NCBI GenBank assembly: GCA_041574955.1
Contig: JBFGNS010000003.1
Location: forward strand, 2,640 to 66,639
Origin: Thermoanaerobaculia bacterium
Lineage (GTDB): Bacteria > Acidobacteriota > Thermoanaerobaculia > Multivoradales > JAHEKO01
Length of the DNA stretch: 64,000 nucleotides
Direction of reading: 5' to 3'
Shown: piece after piece, positions 47,547 through 56,786 of the stretch
How positions within the stretch are numbered: position 1 is the first letter of the stretch
Layout of the letters: each line of letters begins with the position of its first letter
Position numbers and translations under genes: made by a program
The notes under the pieces: model-generated
Seen by the model: only the letters and a program-made list of their open reading frames with translations
Database searches by the model: none
Told to the model about the DNA's origin: nothing

Positions 47547-48842
47547 ATGCTCGACCGACGCCGCTTCCTGGGGGCCGTCGCACTGCCGGCCGTGGCCGCC
47601 GCCGCCGTCCTGCGCCCAAGCCGCGCGCTGGCCGTCGCCCGCAGCCTGTCGACCGACGGGCGCCGCCCCGAAGAGCTGGCCGCCGACGAGGGCTTCTGGC
47701 ACGACGTACAGCAGGCTTTCTCCGTCGACCGCTCGCTGGTCAACCTCAACAACGGCGGTGTCAGTCCGTCGCCGGCGGTGGTGCAGGCGGCGATGAAGCG
47801 CCACCTCGACTACTCGAACACCGCGCCGCCGTATTCGATGTGGCAGGTGCTCGAGCCGCAGCGCGAGCCGGTGAGAGCGCGCCTGGCGCGCCAGTTTGGC
47901 TGCCACACAGAGGAGATCGCGCTGACCCGCAACGCCTCGGAGGGGCTGCAGGTCTGCCAGCTCGGCTTCGATCTCGAGCCGGGCGACGAGGTGCTCACCA
48001 CCACCCAGGACTACCCGCGCATGATCACCACCTTCGAGCAGCGCGAGCGGCGCGAGGGCATCAAGCTGGTGCGGTTTCCGATCCCGATCCCGTGCGAGGA
48101 TCCGCAGGAGATCGTCCACCGCTTCGCCGAGCGCATCACGCCGCGCACCCGGCTCATCCTGATGTGCCACATGATCAACATCACCGGCCAGATCCTGCCG
48201 GTCGCGGCGGTGGCGCGGCTGGCGCGCGAGCGCGGCATCCCGCTCGTGGTCGACGGCGCCCACACCTTCGCCCACTTCCCGTTCCGCCAGGCCGACCTCG
48301 ACTGCGACTACTACGCCACCAGCCTGCACAAGTGGCTGTTCGCGCCTCACGGCACCGGCATGCTGTACGTCAAGCGCGACCGGATCCCGGAGCTGTGGCC
48401 GCTGATGGCGGCGCCCGGCGCGATGGACGACGACATCCGCAAGTTCGAGGAGATCGGCACCCACCCGGCGGCGAACTACCTGGCTATCGCCGAGGCGCTC
48501 ACCTTCCATCAGGGCATCGGCGGCGAGCGCAAGGCGGCCAGGCTGGTCTACTTGCGCGACCGCTGGGCCAAGCGGCTCGTCGAGCACGACCGCGTGCGGC
48601 TCCACACCAGCCTCGAGCCCGGCTTCGCCTGCGGGATCGCTACAGTCCAGATCGACGGCGTCGACTCGCTGGAGCTGGCGGCCGAGCTGTGGCGCGACCA
48701 CCGCATTCTGGTGGTCGGAATCAAGCACCCGGAGTTCGAGGGCATCCGCGTCTCCCCCAGCGTCTACACGACGAGCGAGGAGATCGACCGCTTCGCCGAC
48801 GCGCTCGAGGCCGTCGCGCGGCGCGGCCCGGCGGCGGCCTGA
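47547..48842 (+). CDS. Tat-signal class-V aminotransferase-fold PLP enzyme (cysteine desulfurase / isopenicillin-N-epimerase-like)
   Basis: Twin-arginine signal MLDRRRFLGAVALPAVAAAA; PLP-lysine context ATSLHKWL; also VDGAH. AAGGAGG lies 9 nt upstream. Confidence 0.8.
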   Translation: MLDRRRFLGAVALPAVAAAAVLRPSRALAVARSLSTDGRRPEELAADEGFWHDVQQAFSVDRSLVNLNNGGVSPSPAVVQAAMKRHLDYSNTAPPYSMWQVLEPQREPVRARLARQFGCHTEEIALTRNASEGLQVCQLGFDLEPGDEVLTTTQDYPRMITTFEQRERREGIKLVRFPIPIPCEDPQEIVHRFAERITPRTRLILMCHMINITGQILPVAAVARLARERGIPLVVDGAHTFAHFPFRQADLDCDYYATSLHKWLFAPHGTGMLYVKRDRIPELWPLMAAPGAMDDDIRKFEEIGTHPAANYLAIAEALTFHQGIGGERKAARLVYLRDRWAKRLVEHDRVRLHTSLEPGFACGIATVQIDGVDSLELAAELWRDHRILVVGIKHPEFEGIRVSPSVYTTSEEIDRFADALEAVARRGPAAA

Positions 48843-48871
48843 GAGCCCTGGCGATCCATGGGGAGGCGAAG

Positions 48872-49546
48872 ATGAAGCAGCTGTCACGGGCCGTCTGTCT
48901 GGCGCTCACCGTATCCCTGCCGGCGGTTGCCGCCGCCGGCTTCCAGGACCAGGACCAGGAACCGCCGACTGCTCGGCCGGAGCGGCCGCCGTCGGCGGCC
49001 GACGGCCGTGAGAGCCCGGTCGAGCCACCGCCGGCCGACCGGCCAGAGGAGGGCAGGATGGACGTCGACGCCGCCGGCCGCGAGGCCTTCGATCCCGAAG
49101 CGAGGCTCGAGAAGCTGGGTATCGAGCTGCCGACGCCGCCGGCGCCGGTGGCCAACTACGTGCGCGCGGTGCGCACCGGCAACCTGGTCTTTCTGGCCGG
49201 CCACGGCCCGCTCGAGCCCGGGGGCGGCTACGTCAGCGGCAAGATCCCCACCGACCTGACCGTCGAGCAGGGCTACCGGGCGGCGCGGCTCACCGCCATC
49301 GCCCTGCTGGCCTCGCTCAAGGCCGAGATCGGCGACCTCTCGCGGGTGCGCCGCATCGTGCGGGTCGAGGGCATGGTCAACTCGACGCCCGACTTCACCG
49401 ACCAGCCGAAGGTGATCAACGGCTGCTCCGACCTGCTGGTCGAGGTGTTCGGCGAGCGCGGTCGCCACGCCCGCGCCGCGGTCGGCATGGCGTCGCTGCC
49501 GATCGGCATCGCGGTGGAGATCATGATGGTGGTCGAGGTCGATTGA
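48872..49546 (+). CDS. RidA/YjgF/L-PSP family protein with N-terminal signal peptide and acidic/Pro linker
   Basis: Signal peptide MKQLSRAVCLALTVSLPAVAAAG and a linker of about 60 aa. The RidA core follows (NLVFLAGHG..., ARAAVGMASLPIGIAVEI). Confidence 0.8.
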   Translation: MKQLSRAVCLALTVSLPAVAAAGFQDQDQEPPTARPERPPSAADGRESPVEPPPADRPEEGRMDVDAAGREAFDPEARLEKLGIELPTPPAPVANYVRAVRTGNLVFLAGHGPLEPGGGYVSGKIPTDLTVEQGYRAARLTAIALLASLKAEIGDLSRVRRIVRVEGMVNSTPDFTDQPKVINGCSDLLVEVFGERGRHARAAVGMASLPIGIAVEIMMVVEVD

Positions 49547-50535
49547 GCCTGCCGCCGCCGCCCGCGCTCGACGAGATCCGCGCCGCCCGCCAGCGGCTGG
49601 GCGAGTTGGTCCGCCGCACGCCGGTGTGGCGCTGGCGCGGCCGGCGGCTCGACCGGGCGGCGGGGGAGTCGACCGAGGTCTGGCTCAAGCTGGAGCTGTT
49701 CCAGTTCGCCGGCACCTTCAAGCCGCGCGGCGCGCTGGTCAACATGCTGGCGCTCGAGCCGGCGGCGCTCGGCCGTGGCGTCACCGCGGTGAGCGCCGGC
49801 AACCACGCCATGGCGGTGGCGTACGCGGCGGGGGTGCTGGGCACCACCGCCAAGGTGGTGATGCCCGACAGCGCCAACCCGGCGCGCGTCGCCGGCTGCC
49901 GCGAGCTGGGCGCCGAGGTGGTGCTGGTGCCCGACGTCCACGCCGCCTTCGACGAGGTGCACCGGATCGAGCGCCACGAGGGGCGCGCCTTCGTCCATCC
50001 GTTCGAGGGCGTCAACACCATCCTGGGCACCGCCACGCTGGGGCTCGAGATGGCCGAGCAGCTGCCTGAGCTCGAGGCGGTGGTGGTGCCGATAGGTGGC
50101 GGCGGCCTGTGCGCCGGCGTCGCCACCGCGGTCAAGCTGGCGCTCCCCGGGGCGCGCGTCTACGGCGTCGAGCCGGCCGGCGCCGACACCATGCACCGCA
50201 GCTTCGCCGCCGGCCGCCCGGAGTCGATCGACCGCGTCGACACCATTGCTGACAGCCTGGGCGCGCCGCACGCCGCGCCCTACAGCTTCGCGCTTTGCCG
50301 CGACAACGTCGACGAGCTGGTCAAGGTGTCGGACGACGAGCTGCGCCAGGCCATGCTGCTGATGTTCGAAGAGGCCAAGCTGGCTGTGGAGCCGGCCGGC
50401 GCGGCCGCCGCCGCGGCGCTCACCGGGCCGCTCGCCGAGCGGCTGCGCGGCAGCAAGGTCGGCCTGGTCGTGTGCGGCGCCAACATCGACCCCGAGAGCT
50501 TCGCCCGGCACCTGGCCGCCGCGCGGGGGGGGTGA
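49543..50535 (+). CDS. PLP-dependent threonine/serine dehydratase family protein
   Basis: PLP-lysine context FAGTFKPRGA; also SAGNHA and PIGGGGL. The TTG start overlaps the upstream TGA. Confidence 0.8.
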   Translation: MSLPPPPALDEIRAARQRLGELVRRTPVWRWRGRRLDRAAGESTEVWLKLELFQFAGTFKPRGALVNMLALEPAALGRGVTAVSAGNHAMAVAYAAGVLGTTAKVVMPDSANPARVAGCRELGAEVVLVPDVHAAFDEVHRIERHEGRAFVHPFEGVNTILGTATLGLEMAEQLPELEAVVVPIGGGGLCAGVATAVKLALPGARVYGVEPAGADTMHRSFAAGRPESIDRVDTIADSLGAPHAAPYSFALCRDNVDELVKVSDDELRQAMLLMFEEAKLAVEPAGAAAAAALTGPLAERLRGSKVGLVVCGANIDPESFARHLAAARGG

Positions 50536-50545
50536 GAGGCCACCG

Positions 50546-51715
50546 TTGCCGTCGACCCCCTCCGAGCGCGATGTCCTGCCGGTGCTCGAGCAGCTGATCC
50601 GCATCCCGTCGGTGAACCCTGCCCTGTGTCCGCAGGAAGGCAGCGGCGAGTCCGAGATCGCGCGTTTCGCGTCCGCCTGGTTGGCGGAGCGTGGCCTCGA
50701 GTCCCGTCTCGAGGAAGCGGCCCCAGGGCGCCCCAACGTGGTGGCGGAGTGCGGGCGCGGCGACGGTCCGCGGCTGGTGCTTTGCGCGCACCTCGATACC
50801 GTCGGCACGGCGGGGATGACGATTCCCGCGTTCGAACCGAGGCTCGAGCAGGGGCGGGTGTACGGGCGGGGAAGCTACGACATGAAGGGAAGCGTCGCGG
50901 CCGTCATGGTGGCCGCCGCCGCGCTTGCCGAGGAGCGGCTACCCGGGCGCCTGCTGGTAGCGCTGGTTGCCGACGAGGAGCACGCGAGCGAAGGAGCCCG
51001 GCAGTTCGTCGGCCATCACCGAGCCGACGCCTGCATCCTCACCGAGCCCAGCGAGGGCCGCTTGATTGTCGCCCACAAGGGGTTTATCTGGATCGAGATC
51101 GAGACCTCGGGAGTCGCGGCCCACGGCAGCCGCTGGGAGCTGGGCGTCAGCGCGATCAGCCGCATGGCGCGGGTCGTCTCGGCGCTGGAGCGGTTCGACA
51201 CGGAGGTGTTGCGTGGCCGGAGCCACGAGCTGCTGGGCCCGGCGTCGCAGCACTGCTCGATGATCGAGGGAGGAAGCGGCCTGTCGACCTACGCGGAGCG
51301 GTGCTCGCTCAAGCTCGAGCGACGGACACTCCCCGGAGAGACTCCCGAAGCCGCGCTCGAAGAGGTGCGGGAGGTGATCCGGGGTACGGGAGTCGAGGCG
51401 CGCGCGGAGCTCGTCCTGGCTCGCCCGCCGCTCGAGTGCCCGCCCGACTCGAGGGTGGCGGAGTGCGTGCGGGCCGCCGCCACCGCGGTCGCCGGCAGCG
51501 CGCCCGCGGTCGGCGGCGTCGCTTACTGGATGGACGCGGCGCTCTTTGCGGAGGCGGGCATTGCGACCGTCAACTACGGGCCCTCGGGGGCCGGCGCCCA
51601 CGCCGCCGTCGAGTGGGTGGAGCTGGCCTCGGTGGCGAGCTGCGCGCGGGTCCTGGTCGACGCCAGCCGCCGTTTCCTGGCGGCGGGCCGCGGCGCGCTC
51701 GGCGCGGAGCGGTAG
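50546..51715 (+). CDS. M20-family metallopeptidase / deacylase (ArgE/DapE-like)
   Basis: Shows LCAHLDTV, GRGSYDMKG, ADEE and a dimerisation-domain pattern. Confidence 0.85.
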   Translation: MPSTPSERDVLPVLEQLIRIPSVNPALCPQEGSGESEIARFASAWLAERGLESRLEEAAPGRPNVVAECGRGDGPRLVLCAHLDTVGTAGMTIPAFEPRLEQGRVYGRGSYDMKGSVAAVMVAAAALAEERLPGRLLVALVADEEHASEGARQFVGHHRADACILTEPSEGRLIVAHKGFIWIEIETSGVAAHGSRWELGVSAISRMARVVSALERFDTEVLRGRSHELLGPASQHCSMIEGGSGLSTYAERCSLKLERRTLPGETPEAALEEVREVIRGTGVEARAELVLARPPLECPPDSRVAECVRAAATAVAGSAPAVGGVAYWMDAALFAEAGIATVNYGPSGAGAHAAVEWVELASVASCARVLVDASRRFLAAGRGALGAER

Positions 51716-51741
51716 CGAGGGTGGTATATGCTGCCCGCGCC

Positions 51742-51999
51742 ATGGAGATCGCGATCCGTTTCTGCGCCACCTGAGGCCGCTCCAAGGACAGGGCGGCGGG
51801 TCTCGCCGCCCTCATCGACGAGCGCCTCGGGCTGAAAGCCTCGCTCGAGCCCACCGACCGCACCGGGCAGTTCGACGTCGTGGCCGACGGCGAGGTGATC
51901 GCCTCGCGCGGTGGCAACCCGTTCACCCGCATCGTCTTCGGCGCCGGCTTTCCCGAGCCCCAGAGCGTGGTCGAGCGGCTCGCCAGCCGGGCGGGCTAG
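51742..51999 (+). CDS. selW: SelW/Rdx-family selenoprotein (in-frame UGA = Sec at 51772-51774)
   Basis: The translation is MEIAIRFCAT-U-GRSKDRAAGLAALIDERLGLKASLEPTDRTGQFDVVADGEVIASRGGNPFTRIVFGAGFPEPQSVVERLASRAG. The CxxU-G motif and the G.F.V..dGe.i.s......FPE pattern match SelW (human VVYCGAUGYKSK...GFFEV.V.GKLIHSK). High-GC3 coding continues 225 nt past the TGA, to the TAG at 51997. Confidence 0.8.
51775..51826 (+). promoter_or_regulatory. Bacterial SECIS-like stem-loop immediately 3' of the UGA
   Basis: The lower stem pairs 51775-51782 with 51820-51826 (one bulged C). A 7x7 internal loop follows. The 9-bp upper stem pairs 51790-51798 with 51804-51812, and the apical loop is GGUCU. Confidence 0.65.
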
Positions 52000-52029
52000 G
52001 GGGAACCGCCCGGCGCGGTCCGGATCGGG

Positions 52030-54600
52030 CTACTTCGGCCTCACCCGGCGCGTCGCCACGGCGGTGAGCGGGTCGTCGGGCCAGTAGTGCTTCGGGTAGC
52101 GGCCCTTGAGCTCCTTCTTGACCTCGAAGTAGGCGTCCCGCCAGAAGCTGGCCAGATCGGTGGTGACCTGCACCGGCCGCCGCGCCGGCGACAGCAGGCT
52201 GAGCGCTACCGGGACGCGGCCGCCGCCGATGCGCGGCGTCTCGCTCCAGCCGAACAGCTCCTGCAGCCGGACCGCCAGCGCCGGCGCCTCCGGGTCCGAG
52301 TAGTCGAGCGGCACGCGCGAGCCGCTCGGCACCTCGAGATGGGTCGGCGCCAGCTCGTCGAGCCGCGGCCTGAGCTGCCAGCCGACGTGGCTCAGCAGGA
52401 GCTGTGAGAGGTCGAGCCGCGCCAGCTCTTCGAGCCGGCGCATCCCGCCGACCGACGGCGCCAGCCATTCCGAGAGCGACGCCATCAGGGCCTCGTCCCC
52501 GACGTCGGGCCAGCTCTCGGGATCGGCGCGGTGGAGGAACTGCAGCCGCTCGCGGAGCTGGCGCGTCGCCCGGCGCCACGGCAGGGCGCGCAGCCCGGCC
52601 GCGCGCAGGCCGTCGAGAAACGCCTCGGCCACCCGCTCGGCCGGCGGGTCGTCGATCGGCGCCGTCGCCAGGACCAGCGCGCCCAGGCGCCGCTCGCGCA
52701 CCGCTTCGACGCGCGACCCGGCGGCATCCCACATCACGCTCTCGCGCGCCTCGATCCGGGCACCGAACAGCTCTTCGATCTGCTCTCGCCCGATCGGGGC
52801 GGCCAGCAGGATCCGCGCCTCGCGGCCGCGGTCGGCGACCTCCGGGGCGACGATCCACTCGCGGGTGGCGAGGCCCTGGCCTTCGGCGAGCGCCGCGCCG
52901 CGGCCGTTCGATAGCAGGTAGCGGGCGCCGCGCGGCGGGCCGGGCGCGGAGCTCGCGCTGGCGGAAGCCGCCGACAGGCCGTCCCTGCGGCGGGCGATGC
53001 GGTCGGGGTAGGCGAGCGCCAGCAGCTCGCCGGTGCGCTCGACGTCCTCGGCGGCGAGCCGGGCACCACGGCCGGCCGGCAGCGAGCGCCCGAGCGCCTG
53101 GGACTCGGCCAGTGCCCGCGCCAGGCGGCCGCGGCTGACGTCGTGTCCGGCGACGGCGTGTGCGCGCCGTCCGTGCAGCATCGCCTCGAGCCGCAGCCGC
53201 AGGTCGGCGTCGGCCGCCTCGCCCGGGCGGCGCAGCGGGTCGCGCTCGCCGAGGAGCGCCGCCAGGTGGCAGGCGAGCGTTGCGAGCCCCATGTCGCTGG
53301 CACGTAGCAGCATGTGCCCGAGCCGCGGGTGGAGGCCGAGGGCGGCCACCGACCTGCCGTGCCCGGTGATGCTGCCGGCCGGGTCTACCAGGTCGAGCTG
53401 CGCGAGAAGGTCGAGCGCCTGCGCGATCCCGGCGGCCGGCGGTGGATCGAGCCACGACAGCTCCTCGGCACGGGCGCCCCATGCCGCCAGCTCCAGGACC
53501 AGCGGCGCCAGGTCGGCGTCGAGCAGCTCGGCGCGCAGCCGCGGCACGAGGCCGCGCTGCTCGGCTTCGGTCCACACCCGGTAGCAGACCCCGGGGGCGG
53601 TGCGTCCGGCGCGGCCGCGCCGCTGGTCGGCGACGTCGCCGGTGACTCGCACCGTCTCCAGCCGGCTCATCCCGCGGCGCGGATCGAAGCGCGGCACCCG
53701 CATCCAGCCGCCGTCGATCACCACCCGGGTTCCCTCGATGGTCAGCGAGGTCTGGGCGATCGCGCTCGCCAGCACCACCTTTCGCCGCCCCGCCGGGCTC
53801 GGTGCGATGGCGCGGTCCTGCTCGCCGCGTGACAGGTTGCCGTAGAGCGGCAGCACGTCGACCCCGGCCGGCAGCCGCAGGGCCGCCAGTCGCTCGGCGG
53901 TGCGCCGGATCTCGCCGGCGCCGGGCAGGAAGACCAGCAGGTCACCGGGCTCCTCGCCGAGCGCCCGCGCCACCCGGCGGGCGACCGCCGGCTCGAGCCG
54001 CTCGTCGGTCGGCCGGCCCATGTAGCGGGTCTCGACCGGGTGCTGCCGTCCCTCGGCGGCGACGACCGGCGCCGGCTCGCCGTCGCCCAGCAGCTCGGCC
54101 ACGGGTGTGGCGTCGAGCGTCGCCGACATCACCAGCAGCCGCAGGTCGTCGCGCAGCAGCCGCCGCGACTCGACGGCCAGCGCCAGCCCCAGGTCGGCAT
54201 GGATCGACCGTTCGTGGAACTCGTCGAACACCACCAGCCCGATCTTCTCGAGCGCCGGATCCGACTGCAGCATGCGGGTCAGCACCCCCTCGGTGACCAC
54301 CTCGATCCGCGTCGCCCGCCCCACCCGCGTGTCCCGCCGGATGCGGTAGCCGACCGTGCCGCCGACCTCTTCGCCCTTGAGGCTCGCCATGCGGTGCGCC
54401 GCCGCCCGCGCCGCCAGCCGGCGCGGCTCGAGCAGCACGATCTTGCGCCCGGCGAGCCACTCGGCCGTGAGCAGCGCTAGCGGCACCACCGTGGTCTTGC
54501 CGGCGCCCGGAGGCGCCACCAGCACCGCGGCGCCCCGCGCCGCCAGCGCGTCGCGTAACGGGACGAGGGCCTCGACTACAGGAAGCTCTGGCAGCCGCAC
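52030..54600 (-). CDS. hrpB: ATP-dependent RNA helicase HrpB (DEAH box)
   Basis: Shows APPGAGKTT, DEFHER, SATL and the HrpB C-terminal region. 856 aa. Confidence 0.95.
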   Translation of the reverse strand: MRLPELPVVEALVPLRDALAARGAAVLVAPPGAGKTTVVPLALLTAEWLAGRKIVLLEPRRLAARAAAHRMASLKGEEVGGTVGYRIRRDTRVGRATRIEVVTEGVLTRMLQSDPALEKIGLVVFDEFHERSIHADLGLALAVESRRLLRDDLRLLVMSATLDATPVAELLGDGEPAPVVAAEGRQHPVETRYMGRPTDERLEPAVARRVARALGEEPGDLLVFLPGAGEIRRTAERLAALRLPAGVDVLPLYGNLSRGEQDRAIAPSPAGRRKVVLASAIAQTSLTIEGTRVVIDGGWMRVPRFDPRRGMSRLETVRVTGDVADQRRGRAGRTAPGVCYRVWTEAEQRGLVPRLRAELLDADLAPLVLELAAWGARAEELSWLDPPPAAGIAQALDLLAQLDLVDPAGSITGHGRSVAALGLHPRLGHMLLRASDMGLATLACHLAALLGERDPLRRPGEAADADLRLRLEAMLHGRRAHAVAGHDVSRGRLARALAESQALGRSLPAGRGARLAAEDVERTGELLALAYPDRIARRRDGLSAASASASSAPGPPRGARYLLSNGRGAALAEGQGLATREWIVAPEVADRGREARILLAAPIGREQIEELFGARIEARESVMWDAAGSRVEAVRERRLGALVLATAPIDDPPAERVAEAFLDGLRAAGLRALPWRRATRQLRERLQFLHRADPESWPDVGDEALMASLSEWLAPSVGGMRRLEELARLDLSQLLLSHVGWQLRPRLDELAPTHLEVPSGSRVPLDYSDPEAPALAVRLQELFGWSETPRIGGGRVPVALSLLSPARRPVQVTTDLASFWRDAYFEVKKELKGRYPKHYWPDDPLTAVATRRVRPK

Positions 54601-54745
54601 ACGGGGAGCTTACTGGTCGACTGCCAGCAGAGCTGGCAGCGTAGATCGCTTGAATGGCATTCAACAGGTCCGGAACTCGCCACGTGGCCTGCTCGGCGGT
54701 AGCAGCAGGGGGCAGCGCCGGGCGGTGCGCCCGGTCGCCAGGCCC

Positions 54746-55399
54746 TCAGGCGTCCTCGTCCGAATGCCGGATGCGGTCGTACGGCTGGGTGACGGTCGAG
54801 GCGATGTTGGCCAGGTGCGCGCTGATGCGGCGCAGAATGCGGGCCGACGAGGTGTAGACGATCGCCATGTCGGCGGTGAGATCGCTGTCGGCCAGCCGGG
54901 ACACGTACTCCTGGAGCTCGGGCTTGAGCTTGGCGTGGGCGGCGAGCACCTTGGCTGCCCCCTCGACGTCGTCCTTGCGGAACGAGCGCGCGCACAGCTC
55001 GAAGTTGGGGCGCAGGCGGCTGGCGAGCTCGCTCAGCTCGTCTGCCCAGGCGCCCTCTCGCGGGTGCTTGGCCAGCGGCACCAGCTCGGCCAGGCCGCGC
55101 GCGAAGTCGCCGACCCGCTCGGCGTCCTGGACGATGCTGACCAGGATCAGGCTGGCCACCAGGTCCTGCTCGGGGTTGACGGTCAGGTGCTCGAGCACCG
55201 ACCGGCGCACCATCCGCTCGCTGTTGTCGACCACGTCGTCCATGCTCTCCAGGTCGACCGTCAGCGGCTCGTTGTCGAGCAGCGCGGCGAGCGCGTGGTC
55301 GAGCATGCGCCCCGACTGATCCAGCATGCGGCTGACGTCGTCGAAGGCCGACTTGAGCAGCGTCGAGGTCTGGTCGCTTCCGAAGATCTGTTTGAACAT
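54746..55399 (-). CDS. PhoU-domain protein
   Basis: Two PhoU-like helical repeats (DDVVDNSERMV...; VQDAERVGDFA; ARILRRISAHLANIA). It is adjacent to the Na/Pi transporter gene. Confidence 0.75.
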   Translation of the reverse strand: MFKQIFGSDQTSTLLKSAFDDVSRMLDQSGRMLDHALAALLDNEPLTVDLESMDDVVDNSERMVRRSVLEHLTVNPEQDLVASLILVSIVQDAERVGDFARGLAELVPLAKHPREGAWADELSELASRLRPNFELCARSFRKDDVEGAAKVLAAHAKLKPELQEYVSRLADSDLTADMAIVYTSSARILRRISAHLANIASTVTQPYDRIRHSDEDA

Positions 55400-55421
55400 G
55401 GTCTCGACCTCCAGGGCTGGC

Positions 55422-56546
55422 TCAGAGAACTCCCGAAAGCAGCAGTAGCAGGATCGGCAGGCCGTAGAAGAACAGCAGGATATAGAAACCGGCCAGCGGC
55501 CGGTTGCGCGCGCCCAGCCGCCCGACGGCACGCGCCAGCGCCAGCGGGATGGCGCGCATCGGCGGCGGTACGTAGATCAGCAGCGTGGCGGCCAGGTTGA
55601 ACAGCAGGTGCGACAGGGCGACGGTCAGCGCCGCCGGCTCTCCCGTCGCCAGCGCGGCGAGCAGCGCGGTGATCGTCGTGCCGATGTTGGCGCCGACAGT
55701 GAACGGGAACACCTGCTCCAGCGTGACCACGCCCGCGCCGACCAGCGGCACCATGACCGAGGTGGTGATCGAGCTGCTCTGCACCATGACGGTCATTGCG
55801 GCTCCGGCCATCAAGGCGACCAGCGCCGAGCGGAACAGGGTGCGGTGCAGGGTCTGCTCGGCGCGGGTGCGCATCAGGCTCTTGAGCGTGTCGACCAGCA
55901 GCTTCAGGCACAGGATCAGCAGCCCGATGCCGATCGCCAGCGTCAGCGCACCGGAATCACCGGTAAGCGCCACCACCCATTCGGCGACCGGCCGCACCAG
56001 CTCCTTGACCGGGTTGAGCAGCTTGATGCCACCGGTGCCCTCGAGCAGCTTCTCGAGCGCGCCCGCGGTGCGCGACAGGAAGCCGGTGAGGATCTCGAGC
56101 GGCAGCAGGATGAGCACGCCCAGCCAGTTGAAGAAATCGTGCACCGTGGCGCCGGCGAAGGCACGCCGGAACTCCTCGCGCCGGGTGACGTGGGCGAGCG
56201 ACACGATGGTGTTGGTGACCGAAGTGCCGATGTTGGCGCCCATGATGATCGGGATCGAGCCCTCGACGGTGAGAGCGCCGGCCGCCACCAGGCCCACGGT
56301 CATCGAGGTGGTGGTCGACGAGCTCTGGACCAGCGTGGTGGCGAGGATGCCGACGAACAGCCCGACGAACGGGTTCGAGGTGCGCTCGATCAGCGTCTCG
56401 GCGAACCCCTTGCCGAAGAGCTTGAACGCCAGCCCCATCAGATCGAGGCCGAGGAAGAACCCGAGCAGCAGCGCCACCAGGATGGCGGCCTTGAGATACC
56501 CACCCAGGCCGCCGGCCGGGGCGGGGGCTGCGGTTCCGGGTCTCAT
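55422..56546 (-). CDS. Na+/phosphate cotransporter family protein
   Basis: Duplicated motif LVQSSSTTTSMTVGL / MVQSSSITTSVMVPL, and GANIGT twice. Confidence 0.9.
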   Translation of the reverse strand: MRPGTAAPAPAGGLGGYLKAAILVALLLGFFLGLDLMGLAFKLFGKGFAETLIERTSNPFVGLFVGILATTLVQSSSTTTSMTVGLVAAGALTVEGSIPIIMGANIGTSVTNTIVSLAHVTRREEFRRAFAGATVHDFFNWLGVLILLPLEILTGFLSRTAGALEKLLEGTGGIKLLNPVKELVRPVAEWVVALTGDSGALTLAIGIGLLILCLKLLVDTLKSLMRTRAEQTLHRTLFRSALVALMAGAAMTVMVQSSSITTSVMVPLVGAGVVTLEQVFPFTVGANIGTTITALLAALATGEPAALTVALSHLLFNLAATLLIYVPPPMRAIPLALARAVGRLGARNRPLAGFYILLFFYGLPILLLLLSGVL

Positions 56547-56786
56547 CGCTGGCGACGGTGAGGCTTCCGATCCGGCATGAGCGCGCGGAGACTACCACCT
56601 CGGCCGGTGCCTTGGGGCGACGGCGGCAGCGGTTCGAGTCTCCCCCCCCCTCGCCACCCGTCGCTGACGTCCGCCTTCGGGCTGGGGTCTCGCGCGCTGG
56701 CGGCAGTTCCGGCGCTGGCGGATCGGGTCGGCGGGGTCGGGCTGCGTGGTACTCGCGTTTTGTAGACTCTCTCGCGGAGCACCGCG

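Noticed and set aside
56610-56662. A tRNA-like T-arm sequence, GGTTCGAGTC, followed by a C-run and CGCCACC. It could be a tRNA gene or an att-site remnant.
   Set aside because: The T-stem would pair at only 3 of 5 positions. No complementary 5' acceptor strand (AGGGGGG) lies upstream. The CCA is out of register and no D or anticodon arms can be drawn.
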